A stretch of 63,648 nucleotides of DNA, filler included, from Thraustochytrium aureum (lineage: Eukaryota), in the NCBI GenBank assembly GCA_012862495.1. It is 7 parts of 5 records of this genome, joined end to end, with 100 filler letters (N's around TTAATTAATTAA, not from the genome) between each part and the next. Parts side by side here need not be neighbours in the genome. Positions count along the whole stretch, not along the records: positions 27,901 to 45,409 come from BLSG01000198.1; positions 45,510 to 52,831 come from BLSG01000198.1; positions 52,932 to 58,397 come from BLSG01000199.1; 4 more parts are not named here. The stretch is one strand, 5' to 3'. Shown here in pieces: positions 43,689 through 55,900 of this stretch (positions are counted from its first letter, which is position 1; each line of letters begins with the position of its first letter). The position numbers and the translations under genes were made by a program. A model generated the notes under the pieces. The model worked only from the letters and a program-made list of their open reading frames with translations, had not been told where the DNA came from and did no database searches.

Positions 43689-45355
43689 ATGTCGACCGCG
43701 GCAGTGCGAGAGACGGCGCGGCTGTGGTACGCCGAGTCGAACAGCGACGACTATGTAGTGCAGCTGACGCTGAAGCGCGTCCTGTTCGAGGNNNNNNNNN
43801 NNNNNNNNNNNNNNNNNNNNNNNNNNNNNNNNNNNNNNNNNNNNNNNNNNNNNNNNNNNNNNNNNNNNNNNNNNNNNNNNNNNNNNNNNNNNNNNNNNNN
43901 NNNNNNNNNNNNNNNNNNNNNNNNNNNNNNNNNNNNNNNNNNNNNNNNNNNNNNNNNNNNNNNNNNNNNNNNNNNNNNNNNNNNNNNNNNNNNNNNNNNN
44001 NNNNNNNNNNNNNNNNNNNNNNNNNNNNNNNNNNNNNNNNNNNNNNNNNNNNNNNNNNNNNNNNNNNNNNNNNNNNNNNNNNNNNNNNNNNNNNNNNNNN
44101 NNNNNNNNNNNNNNNNNNNNNNNNNNNNNNNNNNNNNNNNNNNNNNNNNNNNNNNNNNNNNNNNNNNNNNNNNNNNNNNNNNNNNNNNNCGAGGGGCAGT
44201 CCAAGTTTCAGAAGGTCCAGGTGATTGACACTGAGCAGTTTGGTAAGACGCTCGTCCTGGACGGCAAGACGCAGAGCGCGCTGTACGACGAGTTCATGTA
44301 CCACGAGACCCTGGTCCACCCCGCGATGCTGCTGCACCCGTGCCCCAAGACGGTGTACATCGGGGGCGGCGGCGAGCTCGCGACTGCTCGGGAGGTGCTT
44401 CGCCACCCAAGCGTGGAGCGGTGCGTCATGGTCGACCTTGACGAGACGTGAGTTGGCGGTGGCTTGGGTTGGGACGGGCGGGGCGGCGATCGCTCGGCTG
44501 CCTTGTACCGGGCGTGCCGGCTTGCTGGCCGCGTTGCTAGGTGCGACGAGGGAAGGGAGGGCGGGAGGGAGGGAGGTCCCGTGGCGCTAACGGGGCATGT
44601 TGCGGGCGGGCCCAGCGTCGTGGAGATCTGCAAGCAGCAGCTCCCGGAGTGGAACGCGGGCTGCACGGAGGACCCGCGCTTGGAGGTGGTTTACGACGAC
44701 GCCCACGCGTACCTGAAGCGGCACGAGGGCACGTTTGACGTGATCATCATGGACATCGCAGACCCGATTGAGGCGTAAGTGGCAGGGTCTTGCAGCGGGT
44801 GGCAGTGCCATCGCCGCTGGTATTGCCGTTGTGTGTCGCATGCGCTGGCTTTTTAAGCAGCCTGGGCGCGCAGCTGACGACGACGAGAGGAATTGCTCAT
44901 TTGCGCGTCGCAGCGGGCCGGGGATCGTGTTGTACACGCAAGAGTTTTACAAGTACGCGGCCAACAAGCTCAACCCGGGTGGCGTGCTCGTGACGCAGAG
45001 CGGCGCGTGCTCGCTCTACAACTTTGAGGAGTGCTTTACTGCGATCCACAACACCCTCAAGGCCTCGTTCGACTGCGTAAAGGGCTACCGTGTCGACGTG
45101 CCGTCATTCGCCGGCTGCTGGGGCTTTAACGTGGCCTACAACGACCCGGAGGGCTCAAACCGCAGCTCGTTCGACAACTGGGATCCGTCAGAGATTGATA
45201 GTTTGATCGACAAGCGGTTTGAGGGTAAGGCCGAGCTGCGCTTTTACGACGGGGTCACGCACCGTGGCCTGTTCGGCCTCCCGAAGCCGATCCGTCAGGG
45301 CATGGAGAACGAGCAGCGCGTGATCACGATGGACAACCCGGTTTTCATGTACTGA
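43689..45355 (+). CDS. Polyamine aminopropyltransferase, thermospermine synthase (ACL5)-like; introns 44448-44615 and 44775-44913
   Basis: SKFQKV, LVLDGKTQS, YHETLVHP, IGGGGELATAREVL, DVIIMDIADPIEAGPG..LYTQEFY, LNPGGVLVTQ. Confidence 0.9.
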
Positions 45356-45409
45356 CCGACCGAGGAAACGATTGACGAGCAACAGCGTGCAGCCAAATCC
45401 CTCAAGTTT

Positions 45410-45509
45410 NNNNNNNNNNNNNNNNNNNNNNNNNNNNNNNNNNNNNNNNNNNNTTAATTAATTAANNNNNNNNNNNNNNNNNNNNNNNNNNNNNNNNNNN
45501 NNNNNNNNN
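45410..45509. other. Artificial scaffold linker
   Basis: TTAATTAATTAA at 45454-45465. Confidence 0.97.
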
Positions 45510-46285
45510 TGCCGGATGCCGAGAAGAAGGATGCCTGGCTGGCGAGGCACGGGCCGTGGGTGTCGGCGCCGAAACACGACGAACTGTGGGACGGCGACCG
45601 CAAAGAGTTTCGCCCGCGCGAGCTGACCAAGTCGGAGCTCAAACGCATCAAGGTGGACCGCAAGGTGAAGAAAGTGCTGCCGGCCAGCATCTTCACGCTG
45701 TACCTGAAAACGCGCAAGAAGATGCCCGACTCCGCGGACGAAGACGACGTCGAGCAAAAGCGCCACTCAGACACCGTCCCGAGAGACTTCATCGCGCAGT
45801 ACCTCGCATCGCCGCAAAAGTACCAGCGCGAAGCTGTTGGCAAGCCCTCGGTGCTCAAGCGCGTCGACGGCGCGCCAGAGACGGAGGAAGAGGGGGACTC
45901 GGGCGCCACAAACAAGAAGCGGTTCTCGCTGTCGATGCTCCGCCGCCGTGGAGAGGAGGGCGACCGGCGCTCCGCGCGCCGCGGCAGCCCCTTCGATCTC
46001 AGCTTTCTCCGCCGCAACAGCGACGAGGAGAGCGACACCAGCGACTCGAGCGGCGACATGTCGCAGGCCCTGCCGTGGCTCGAGCGCCTCCAGCGCCTCG
46101 ACGGCCTCTCGAACACCACCGTGCAGCGCTCCAGCGCCGTGGAGACCGTATGGGACCAAGTCTCCGACAACTGGGGCAAGATCTCGTTGCTCGGACAGTC
46201 GTACGTGTGGGACGCACAGGTTTTCCTGCGAGAGATTTGGCCTGGCAACCCGCTCGACCCAGTCCCCGAAATCCAGGCCAGGTGA
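45510..46285 (+). CDS. Partial hypothetical protein (5' truncated)
   Basis: Frame open from the scaffold start with coding-like GC3 bias; no recognised motif. Confidence 0.55.
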
Positions 46286-46883
46286 GGCGGCCCCGCGGAT
46301 CGACCGGCGTCGCGCTGGCCGGCCCGTGCTTGGCTCTGGCCGTTTGCGTTGCCCCGTTCAAGCGGGGCTCTGGGCTCTCTCTCTCTCTTCTGCGTGGCGT
46401 TGGTTGCAGCTGTTTGCGCGTGTGCTTGGAGCGCGCGCGCAGGCGGAGGCTGTGCCACCGCGCCCGCGGTGGCGGCTCGTGCTTGCTCTATTCGCCAATC
46501 GAACGGATTGGGCAGCGGAGAGTTGTCGACGTTTCTGTATTCTACAAAAACCCTTTTATAAATCCAACCGAATCCTTGACAACTATCGAGATGAGATTTG
46601 CCCGTCCAATCCGACGCAGGAAAGGAACCGCGCCTGATCGATAGGTGTTGTCCTCAACTCTACCGCCGGCTTGCTGAGCGCTGCGGGCAGCACGAGGCAG
46701 CCGAAAGAGCCCTTGCGCCTCCGCCTCGCAGCGCACGTCAAGCAAAGCGAGATTGTCTACGACCTGTCGAAAAACATAAAAATAGAAATCGCTGTTAGAT
46801 TTTTGTGGTTCCTTTTCCAGCCCGACTCGCGCCGTCGCTGACTGGCTGGCTGTGCTGTTTTTATAAAAAACTTGCCAGCACGC

Positions 46884-47990
46884 TTAGAGCTTGCTGGCCG
46901 CCTCCTTGATCCGCTCAAGGTTGCCCATGACGGGCGGGAACGAGTCCTGGTCGACTCCGGGAACTCGGCGTCGTCGTCAAAGTTCTCGACGCTGCCCCAG
47001 ATCTTCTGCACCGCCTCGATCGACGTGTCGGTGGTGATGAAGCCACCCTTGGCGCGCTGCCAACGCAGGGCCGCAACCCAGCCGGCGCCGAGCTCGTAGA
47101 CCTGGCCGTTGGACTCGCNNNNNNNNNNNNNNNNNNNNNNNNNNNNNNNNNNNNNNNNNNNNNNNNNNNNNNNNNNNNNNNNNNNNNNNNNNNNNNNNNN
47201 NNNNNNNNNNNNNNNNNNNNNNNNNNNNNNNNNNNNNNNNNNNNNNNNNNNNNNNNNNNNNNNNNNNNNNNNNNNNNNNNNNNNNNNNNNNNNNNNNNNN
47301 NNNNNNNNNNNNNNNNNNNNNNNNNNNNNNNNNNNNNNNNNNNNNNNNNNNNNNNNNNNNNNNNNNNNNNNNNNNNNNNNNNNNNNNNNNNNNNNNNNNN
47401 NNNNNNNNNNNNNNNNNNNNNNNNNNNNNNNNGATGTTCTTGGAGGCGCCCTCGCGCGCGATGGTCTTGGTCAGGCCGAGGATGCCGAGCTTGGCCGCCG
47501 AGTAGTTGGCCTGGCCAAAGTTGCCGTACAGGCCGGCCGCGGACGCGACGTTGATCACGCGGCCGTACTGCTGGTTGCGAAAGTGCTCCCAGGCGGCCTT
47601 GGTCAGCTTGTAGGTGCCGAGCAGGTGCACGCTGTAGATGAGGTCCCAGTCCTTCTGGGTCATCTTGTGGAAGGCCACGTCGCGCAGGATGCCGGCGTTG
47701 TTCACCACGATGTCCACGCGGCCGAACGCGTCGATGGCGGACTGGATCACCTTGTCGCCATCAACGACCGAGTCGTAGTTGGCCACGGCCTCGCCGCCGG
47801 CCGCCTTGATCTCGGCCACGACGGCATCCGCCGCCGCGGACGACTTGCCCTCGCCGTGCGTGCTGCCGCCCAGGTCGTTCACGACCACCTTGGCGCCGCG
47901 CGAGGCGAGCAGGAGCGCGTAGGCCTTGCCGAGTCCGTTGCCGGCGCCGCTGATCACGGCCACCTTTCCATCAAACCGAAGCTCCGACAT
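46884..47990 (-). CDS. Peroxisomal 3-hydroxyacyl-CoA dehydrogenase (MFE-2/HSD17B4 SDR domain only) ending in SKL; gap 47119-47432; frameshift at ~46948
   Basis: [47 protein letters not shown]; the shifted frame ends ...[12 protein letters not shown]. Confidence 0.92.
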
Positions 47991-48469
47991 CCTGACTCGT
48001 TATCTTCTCCTTCGTCGTCTGCTGCAAGTACCTGCTCGTGCTGAAGCTCGTGTTCGAAAGCGTCGTCGCGTTGGGGTCCTGCAACTCCGTCTGTCGCTCT
48101 GCATCCGTCCGTCCGTCCGTCCGTCGCCGTCGCGACAAACAAGGAGAGACAACTCCTCCGTCCGGCCCCATCCTGGACGCCGAATCGCGACCAACTGCGC
48201 GAAACTCGACCAAACGCAGCGCGCAGCAAGGCGCCGGGTGCGCGGCAAAGGGCAGGGCGCTCTGGCCGGCCGGTGCGCCGTATTGCGCCGCGCAAGCGCC
48301 GACTGCTGCTCGCGCTGCACCGTGCTCCCCGCGTCCCATTTCCATGCTGCTTGCGCGACCTTTCGCGATGCCCCCAGTCCGCCCGCTATCATCGCAGGCC
48401 CGCTGTTCCTGGCGTGCTCGCTCGTATTGCGCGTGCTTGAGTCCATTTCCTCAAGAACGATGCTCGCTG

Positions 48470-48630
48470 TCGATGGTCGTTGATTGATCGCTGGTTGATC
48501 GCTGGTTGATCGCTGGTCGCTGGTCGATCGCTGGTCGATGGTCGCTGTTGATTGATCGCTGATTGATCGATGGTCGCTGGTCGCTGTTGATTGATCGATG
48601 GTCGCTGGTCGATGGTCGCTGGTCGTTGAT
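48470..48630. repeat. Degenerate satellite built from GGTCG(C/A)T and TGAT modules
   Basis: Repeated TTGATCGCTGG / GGTCGCT / GGTCGAT units. Confidence 0.85.
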
Positions 48631-49090
48631 GTTGCAACACTGGCAAGGCCTTCATTGTGACCGGGGCCAGAGTGGCGGCTCGCAGGCCCGCTGCTCGTGG
48701 CGCGCTCAATCTCGCGCAGCTCGACTTGACTTGTCATGTTTCGTTTCGTTCTTGTCAAGAGATCGACGCCGAGGCGAACGACGGTCGTTGATGCGGCAAG
48801 ACTGGCAAGGCCTTCTTCGTGACCGAGGTCGCAGCTGGCGGCCCGCAGACTTGGATTTGCTTTGCCTGATTCGCCACGAGGTCGGCGACGAGCTCTTCAC
48901 GCACGTTTTGCTTCATTTCGTCAGGCACTTGGTTTATTTCTACATTTCTACAGGACCGTGCCGGGGCCTCGTCTGCGCGCGGCTTCTTTCGCGCGTAGGA
49001 ATGTCCCTTTTCAGACGGAGGTAGCTCTTGCCTTGGCTGGAAAGTGCCGGACCAGCCGCTTTATTGGCTCTCATGATTGCGCCAAGGGTG

Positions 49091-52000
49091 CTAGGAAGCT
49101 TGCGCGGCCAGCCCGCTCTGGCTCTGGCTGGCACGGCGCGAGCCCGAGGCTGGGCTCTTCTTCCGAGCGAGCTTTTTGCCGCTGAGGTGCTTTTCCAGCG
49201 AATGCCGGCGCTGGTCCTTCATTGCGGTGCACATGTCGTGCGCCTGCTTGAGCAGACCCTGCGAGTCCTCCATGCCAAAGCGGGCGGCGTTGGTGACTGC
49301 CTCCTCCAAGGCATCAATGTCGCGCAGCACCATCGCCTCGCGCAGCATCTGCTGCGCATGAATGCTCTTGATACGAAACACCATCGTTTCGGCGGTCGCC
49401 ACCTCTGGCGTCTTGAGGCCGATCTCGCGCGCGCGCACCAGCGCCTCAATCAGCTGCCGATAGTGCTTCTTTCGTATTGCCGCCTTGAGTTTGCGCTGCA
49501 CCGCGCGCTGCTCGCGGTTCGGCAACTTGAAGATGCCCGGGAACTTAAACTTGCGCACAGAGCCGCGCTGCCCGGCGCTGCTCTGCCCAACCAGCGCGTC
49601 ACCAATGCCGCTCGAACTGCTGAATGAGTGGCTGTACTCGTCGATGATCCGGGCAATGTTCGCACCGGGAGGCAAGTCCTCCCCGCCCCGCGCGTCACCG
49701 CAACCAACCGGGCGACCTTTCTGCTGCTGGCCTTGGTTCGCCGCCCTATGCTGGTCGATATCTTGCTGCCGCTGCTGACTGCTGTTATTGCTGCTATTCG
49801 GAGCGCTTGGCGCGCCTCGATACGACTCGCCGCCTTTCGTCTCCTCATCGGCAAGGCTGCTGTTTGATCCCGTGCTCAGCTTTAAGAGGATGGTCGTCAA
49901 CTCCTCGCTTGAGTGCGTCCCGCGCCGCTTTTCCTTTTTCCGCAACCCGCGCTTGCTGCGCGACGCGAGGAACTCCACTGGGTGGTCACGCTCTGCGCTC
50001 GAGGCACCGGGCCTACTCGTCTCGGCAGGCTGGCCAAGTTCGCGTTGTGCTCTGGTGGGGCTTGCACAGACAGCCTCGTTGCTCGCGCCCCCTGGCACGC
50101 GTTGGGCGCTCGGCTGCTGCTGGAGCGCCTCGGATCCGTTCAGCGCCTCTGCGTCGTCCTCATCCTCGTCCTCATCTTCGCACTGGCAAGGCACGACATC
50201 GTCGTCGCCGTTGTACCCCATCCTCCTCTGCTTCAGCGTTGGGGCCACCGCGAGAAACGTTGCCTTCGCTGCCTTCGTTGCCCTCGTACTCGTCGTCATC
50301 GACTTGGTCGATCACCAAAATGGCGTCTCGGAACGGGACGTCCTCGTCGTCCTCGTCGCCCTCGTCGCGCTCGAGGGATGACGAGGCCTCCTCGCTCCGG
50401 GAACGACTGCGCCCTCCGTGGAACGGCTCTGGGTCCGAATAGGTCGACTTTGGCGTCGTTGGCGTTCTGTCGCTCGCGCCGTCGCCGTGAGTGCCGACTT
50501 CATCGCCCTCCTCCACTGCAGAGAGCAGGAGGTCCGTGGCGCACAAATCGCTGCAGATTGTCGCTGCCTCCTCCTCCTCCTCCTCCTCGACATCATCGTC
50601 CTCATCGTCGTCGTCGTCGTCGTCCTCTGTGGAGCTGTAGGTGAACCACTCGGCCTTGGCGTACCACGTCCGTTGCAGGGTCGTCACGCAAGAACGAAGC
50701 CGAAGAAAGCGGCGGCGGAGGGCGCACTGCCGCGCGAGTGCTTGCACTTTTGTCGCGGCTCTGGTCTCTTCCGCTGCGCGGTGTTCTGCTTTGCGTCGGC
50801 CAGCGGCTCGGCCTCGAGCCGCTCGCTGGAGGCGAACCACGCTCTGGCGCAAGCGCCGCCCAAATCGCTCGCGAACTCTAGTTCCGCGCCACACACGCTG
50901 GATGGTCCTGGCGGCCTGCTCTCTCGCGGCCGCGCGAGCCTCAAGCCGCCACTTGTGCCTGCGAATCGCCCCCGCATGTAAGAGCAACCGACGCNNNNNN
51001 NNNNNNNNNNNNNNNNNNNNNNNNNNNNNNNNNNNNNNNNNNNNNNNNNNNNNNNNNNNNNNNNNNNNNNNNNNNNNNNNNNNNNNNNNNNNNNNNNNNN
51101 NNNNNNNNNNNNNNNNNNNNNNNNNNNNNNNNNNNNNNNNNNNNNNNNNNNNNNNNNNNNNNNNNNNNNNNNNNNNNNNNNNNNNNNNNNNNNNNNNNNN
51201 NNNNNNNNNNNNNNNNNNNNNNNNNNNNNNNNNNNNNNNNNNNNNNNNNNNNNNNNNNNNNNNNNNNNNNNNNNNNNNNNNNNNNNNNNNNNNNNNNNNN
51301 NNNNNNNNNNNNNNNNNNNNNNNNNNNNNNNNNNNNNNNNNNNNNNNNNNNNNNNNNNNNNNNNNNNNNNNNNNNNNNNNNNNGGTCTCCACCTCTGCGC
51401 GAAGCTCGGGAGGGACGTCGGCGTCGCCAGACCTCAAGCGGCGCAGCTGGCCGTCGACCTGCGCGAGGGCCCCTTTGCGAAAGAACGCCCGCGTTTTCCC
51501 AAGAACAAAGCTGCCCGGCTTGACGTCGAGCCGCCGAAGAATGGCCCGCACCACGGGGCTTGGTCATCTGCGGTGCGAGTCCACTAAGAAAGTCGCGCGG
51601 CACAGCCGATTGGAGCGCCTCGAACAACCGCTCATACCGAATGCGCCCCGGGAGCCCAGCCTGGAGCAGCTGCGCCGTCTGCGGGATGCTCAGGCACTCG
51701 AGCTGGCGCGCCACGAAGCGATGGTCGAACCCCTGCGCGGGGCACAGGGCCTGGTTGGGCTTGATGCAGCGGATGAACGAGCAGCGGGTCTCGTCTATTA
51801 TTGCAAGCAAGCCGCTCATCTGCTGCTCAAACTTGGCGCTAATCGACTTTGGCTTTTTGCAAGCCTGGCCGTGGCTTGTCGCGCCGCACGAGGCGGCCAT
51901 GACTTGCTCGATGAGCGCGTTGGTCGAAGCCTGAAACACAGCTTCCGCCTCCTTCGGCAGCCTGTCCATGTTCTTGTCCACAAAGCCGTCGATCGAGTAC

Positions 52001-52831
52001 GCGACGGGACCCGCATAGTGGTCAACAATAAACGTGGTCCCCGCGAGCCGCGGGTGCGGGTGCGGAAAGCATGGGTGGCCCGCAAACGTCCGATGCAGGT
52101 GCTGAAGGAGCTTTTGGTCGCTCGGCTGCGGCCCCACCGAGACGGTGTCGAGGGCCGTCAGGAGGTCCGACTCGCCCGGCGGCACATCGCCCAAGACGGT
52201 TGTAGTGCGTCGCGGGCGCTGAAACAGCTCAAAGCAGGCCCTGCAAGCGTCGTTGGGCTCCGCGGTGAGGCCGGTCATGTCGATGCCCTCTTCGCGGAAG
52301 ATGCCCTTCTCTGCTTCAAACAGGTGCTTGTTGAAAGTCGTTTGGAGCGCCTCGTTGGCAAAGTTAATGAGCAGCTGCTCGAAGCTGTTGCGCTCAAAGC
52401 ATTCAAAGCCGAAAATGTCAAGGATCCCAATAAACGGCTGCCTGGCGCGCCCCAGGCTCCCGCCAGCGCTGCTCTGCGCCAGGTAGACGGCCTGTGCGCT
52501 CGCCGCGTCGCTTGCGGCCGTGGCGCTCGAGCCGCCGAGGCCTCGGTTGATTTGCAGCACCAGCCAGTCGAACAGATTCTGGTACATGGACTTCGCGAGC
52601 GCGTCGCGCGCCTGGGAAGCGGCTTGAGCTGTCCGCTGCGTGGTCATAGTCTCGCCTCGCAGCGTGATCCTGGACTCGCACAGCGCGCCGATGAGTGCCT
52701 CTGGGCGGACGCCGAGCAGCCCAGCCGCGGCGGCGACTGCCGCGGCGCTGGCTGCCGCTGGCGCGGCGACATCACCTTGCTGCGAGTCGCGGCTCACAAA
52801 GCGGATCTCGGCAAGGTGCATGACTGCGGCG
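49091..52831 (-). CDS. Myosin heavy chain: C-terminal motor domain, IQ motifs, acidic low-complexity tail; 5' truncated, gap and frameshifts
   Basis: ARDALAKSMYQNLFDWLV, IGILDIFGFE...NSFEQLLINFANE.LQ, HYAGPVAY, FIRCIKPN, GKTRAF, IQRVWRG / LQRAARG. Confidence 0.92.
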
Positions 52832-52931
52832 NNNNNNNNNNNNNNNNNNNNNNNNNNNNNNNNNNNNNNNNNNNNTTAATTAATTAANNNNNNNNNNNNN
52901 NNNNNNNNNNNNNNNNNNNNNNNNNNNNNNN
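52832..52931. other. Artificial scaffold linker
   Basis: TTAATTAATTAA at 52876-52887. Confidence 0.97.
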
Positions 52932-55900
52932 GCTTCTTGGTCAACGAGACCTGTTGCTCCTTGGCCAACTCCGTCGAGTGGAATATGTTGAGGAACTGCT
53001 CCTTGATACGGGCCATTCCCGTCAGCTTCATCAGGTCGTCCATGGCGGAGTTCGACGCAGCCTGCACAGTGACTAGCCTCCGCCACTTTTCCTTCGCGAC
53101 CTCTGCAAGGTCCGGGGGCGCCTGCTCTCCAGGTGTCGTCTCGCTCGTGCTCAGGAAGCTCTGAATCTTTTTCGCCCAGTCGCGGCAGAGCTTGTCTGGA
53201 AAGTTGGCCACCTTGCCGTTGCTGAGGTTGACGTAGTGCACGAACACTGTGCCGAAACGCTTGGCTGAAGCGCGATCCGAGTCTGGGCTGGGCGGTTCCT
53301 CAAAAAGGGTGAGCGAGAACACGCCCGCAGCCACAATGGAGGCAGCGCTCTTTTCCATTCGAAGCCTCGCCTTGCCCAGGTGACCTTTGATCTCGGCAAG
53401 GGCTGCTGCGTCACCTAGGCGGAAGCGACAATACAGTCCAAGCAGCTCGGCATCGAACGAGTTCAAGGCCGTGAAGCGGTTCAGGGCGACCGACCACTTT
53501 CCTTCCTCAAGCAGCCGCAGCCCGTGAACGAGATTGCTTTCGATCGGTGGCGCAGGACGCGTCACGTCGATTTCGTCGATCACGTCGCCCTCAGATTCCT
53601 GCTGCTGAGGGTTCGAAGGGTTGCTCGTCGGCGATTCCTCTTCAGGTTCGTCGCTCAGCGCTTGTCCGCCGATTTTGTCAGCTTGCGCTGGAACGAGGGG
53701 GGCCTTGGAGGCCAAGCGAGCCTTGAGAGCAGCCTTGCGTTTCAATGCATCTTGAGCGAGCTTTGCAACGGCCGCGGCGAATTCTGCGGGGGCCGAGCTG
53801 CGGCGCAGGGCCTCCTCCTCCTCCAAGACTTTAGCGTCGACAGCGAGCTTTTCCAACTCGAGTTGGCGCGCTTGGTCGTCTCGAAGGCTTTGTATCTTTG
53901 CCCGGCGCTTCGCGAGTTCGGCCTTGCGCTCGTCCAGCTCCACGGCGTATTTTTGGTCCTCCGCCGCCTGGCGCTCTGCTTCGGCGACGCGCTCTTTCTC
54001 ACGCTTTTCTGCGGCGCGCTTGAGCTCGTCGCAAGTCTTGCACGGCCCAGGACCGCCTTCGTGGCAGCGATAGACCAGCAGGTGCCCGCGGCCGCATTTT
54101 GTCTCCATCGTGAACTTGCACTTGAAGTCTTTGTGGTCGCCAACGTGGCAGCGTAGAACGCACCCGTGCTTTCCGCACGGTAGGATGGCAGCACACTCCC
54201 GCAAGCAGCCACCGTCAGGGGCATGCTCCTTAAAGTCCTCTGGCGTAGCTAAGAGCGTGCAGTAAGTCGAGTGGTTCTGACACTGCGCTGGCAAGCCTTT
54301 CTGGACGTGGCCTTTCTCTGTCAAGGCTGCCCAGAGGCGCGTCCACAGCTCTCGTCCATGGCGGCTGCCCTTTGCGTTCTTGAGCGTGCTACCATTTCCA
54401 ACGAGGATCATTCCGTTTCTCGCGCGTGAGAGCAGCACGTTGACGCGCTCCTTGTCTCCCAAAAACCCGATGCTTCCCTCGAGGTTGCTGCGGACAAGCG
54501 AGGCGACAACAATGTCGGCCTCTTCGCCTTGATAATTGTCCACTGTGGCGATTCGAACAAGCGGACGGCCAGCCTTTGGCGCGGCCGATCCACTACCAGG
54601 GCTGTCATCAGGTGGGAGGCCGGCCCGAATGAGCTCGCCACGATCGGCGTCGCCAAGGGCCACGCCAAAGCTCTTGGTCAGCTCGGCCTTGATGGTCTGG
54701 AGCTGCCCGAGGTACGGCGTCAAGATGACCATCTGGTCTGCCTGGTAGCCTTGCTGGAGCAAGTAGGTGACTATTGCGCACACGAGCCTGGCCTCGAAGG
54801 CGTTCGTCTTGGACATACTATACAGTGCAGCCTGTGGGCTGGTCTGGTGGCCCTGGCCGTCCTCGAGGTGCTCGTGGTCGATGAAAACGAGGTTTTGGCG
54901 AACACCGCGCAGGGGTGGGTGCTTCGACACTGATTCTGCATCGCGCAGGGTCGGGTACGTCATAGCTCTGACCAAGCTGGAGACCTCAGGGCGCATTCGA
55001 TGCTGGAGCTCCAGCATGTTGTGGGGAAAGCCGCGTAAAACGAGCCTTTCAAACAGGGACCGGTTGAGATCGTACCCATATCCGGATTCGACCTGCAATG
55101 GGTAGACGTTCACCTTTGGCCTCAGCTGCTTGTGGTCGCCAATCAGAATGACGTGCTGCGTTGACTCTGACAAGCTGGTCAACACATGAGACTCCAGGAT
55201 CTCGCCCGCCTCCTCGACGAGCAGGAGGCCTGCACGCACGCTTCGCAGCTCGCGTGCGTACTTGGCTGCCCCGGACGTCGTGCAACCGATTATGCGCCGG
55301 GTTTTTAGCGCAGCAAAGTCTTTGGCTTGTCGAAGTCTGCCAAGGTCAGCGCTTGCACGTTTCGCTCGCAAAATCAACTGGCAGAGCGCATGGACTTGCG
55401 ATTCGACTGCTTGAGACTTCCACTTTTCAACGAGGGCGGCTCGCTCGGACGCGCTGCGCTGCCAAAGGCCGTCCGCGTCGTCTACAAATTCGCGCAGTGC
55501 ATTTGGCACCTGCTTGCCCTTCACCCAACTCTTCCAGAGTGTCTCGTCTTTCACGGCAGAGATGCCCGTGCCGCTACTGATCTGCCAGTCCCCACTTGCC
55601 CTCACCGTGAAGGCTTTGCGATGATGATGGTTGACAGATTCGAGAAGGTGCTCCACGTCTCGCCATCCAAAGCCCGAATTGATGCGGGCGACGCGCTTGC
55701 ATGCGATCGTTGTCGCCGCCTCGAGCTCTTCCAGCGTCGATTTCAAGCTCGCAAAGCTTCGGGACTCGCTTTGCGTGAAGGCAATCCTTTGCGAGACATT
55801 TCGTAGCATCAGAGGCGCGATGCGCGCGGAGACCTTTGGGCTGTTGCCTATACGAACAACCTGTGAAGTGGGGACCCCCATGTCGAGGAGGTCTTCGAGG

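Noticed and set aside
18..51560. Mass pseudogenisation or programmed frameshifting
   Set aside because: Breaks hit essential genes, share no slippery motif, go in both directions and are fixed by one base in a run; coding conservation continues past each break.
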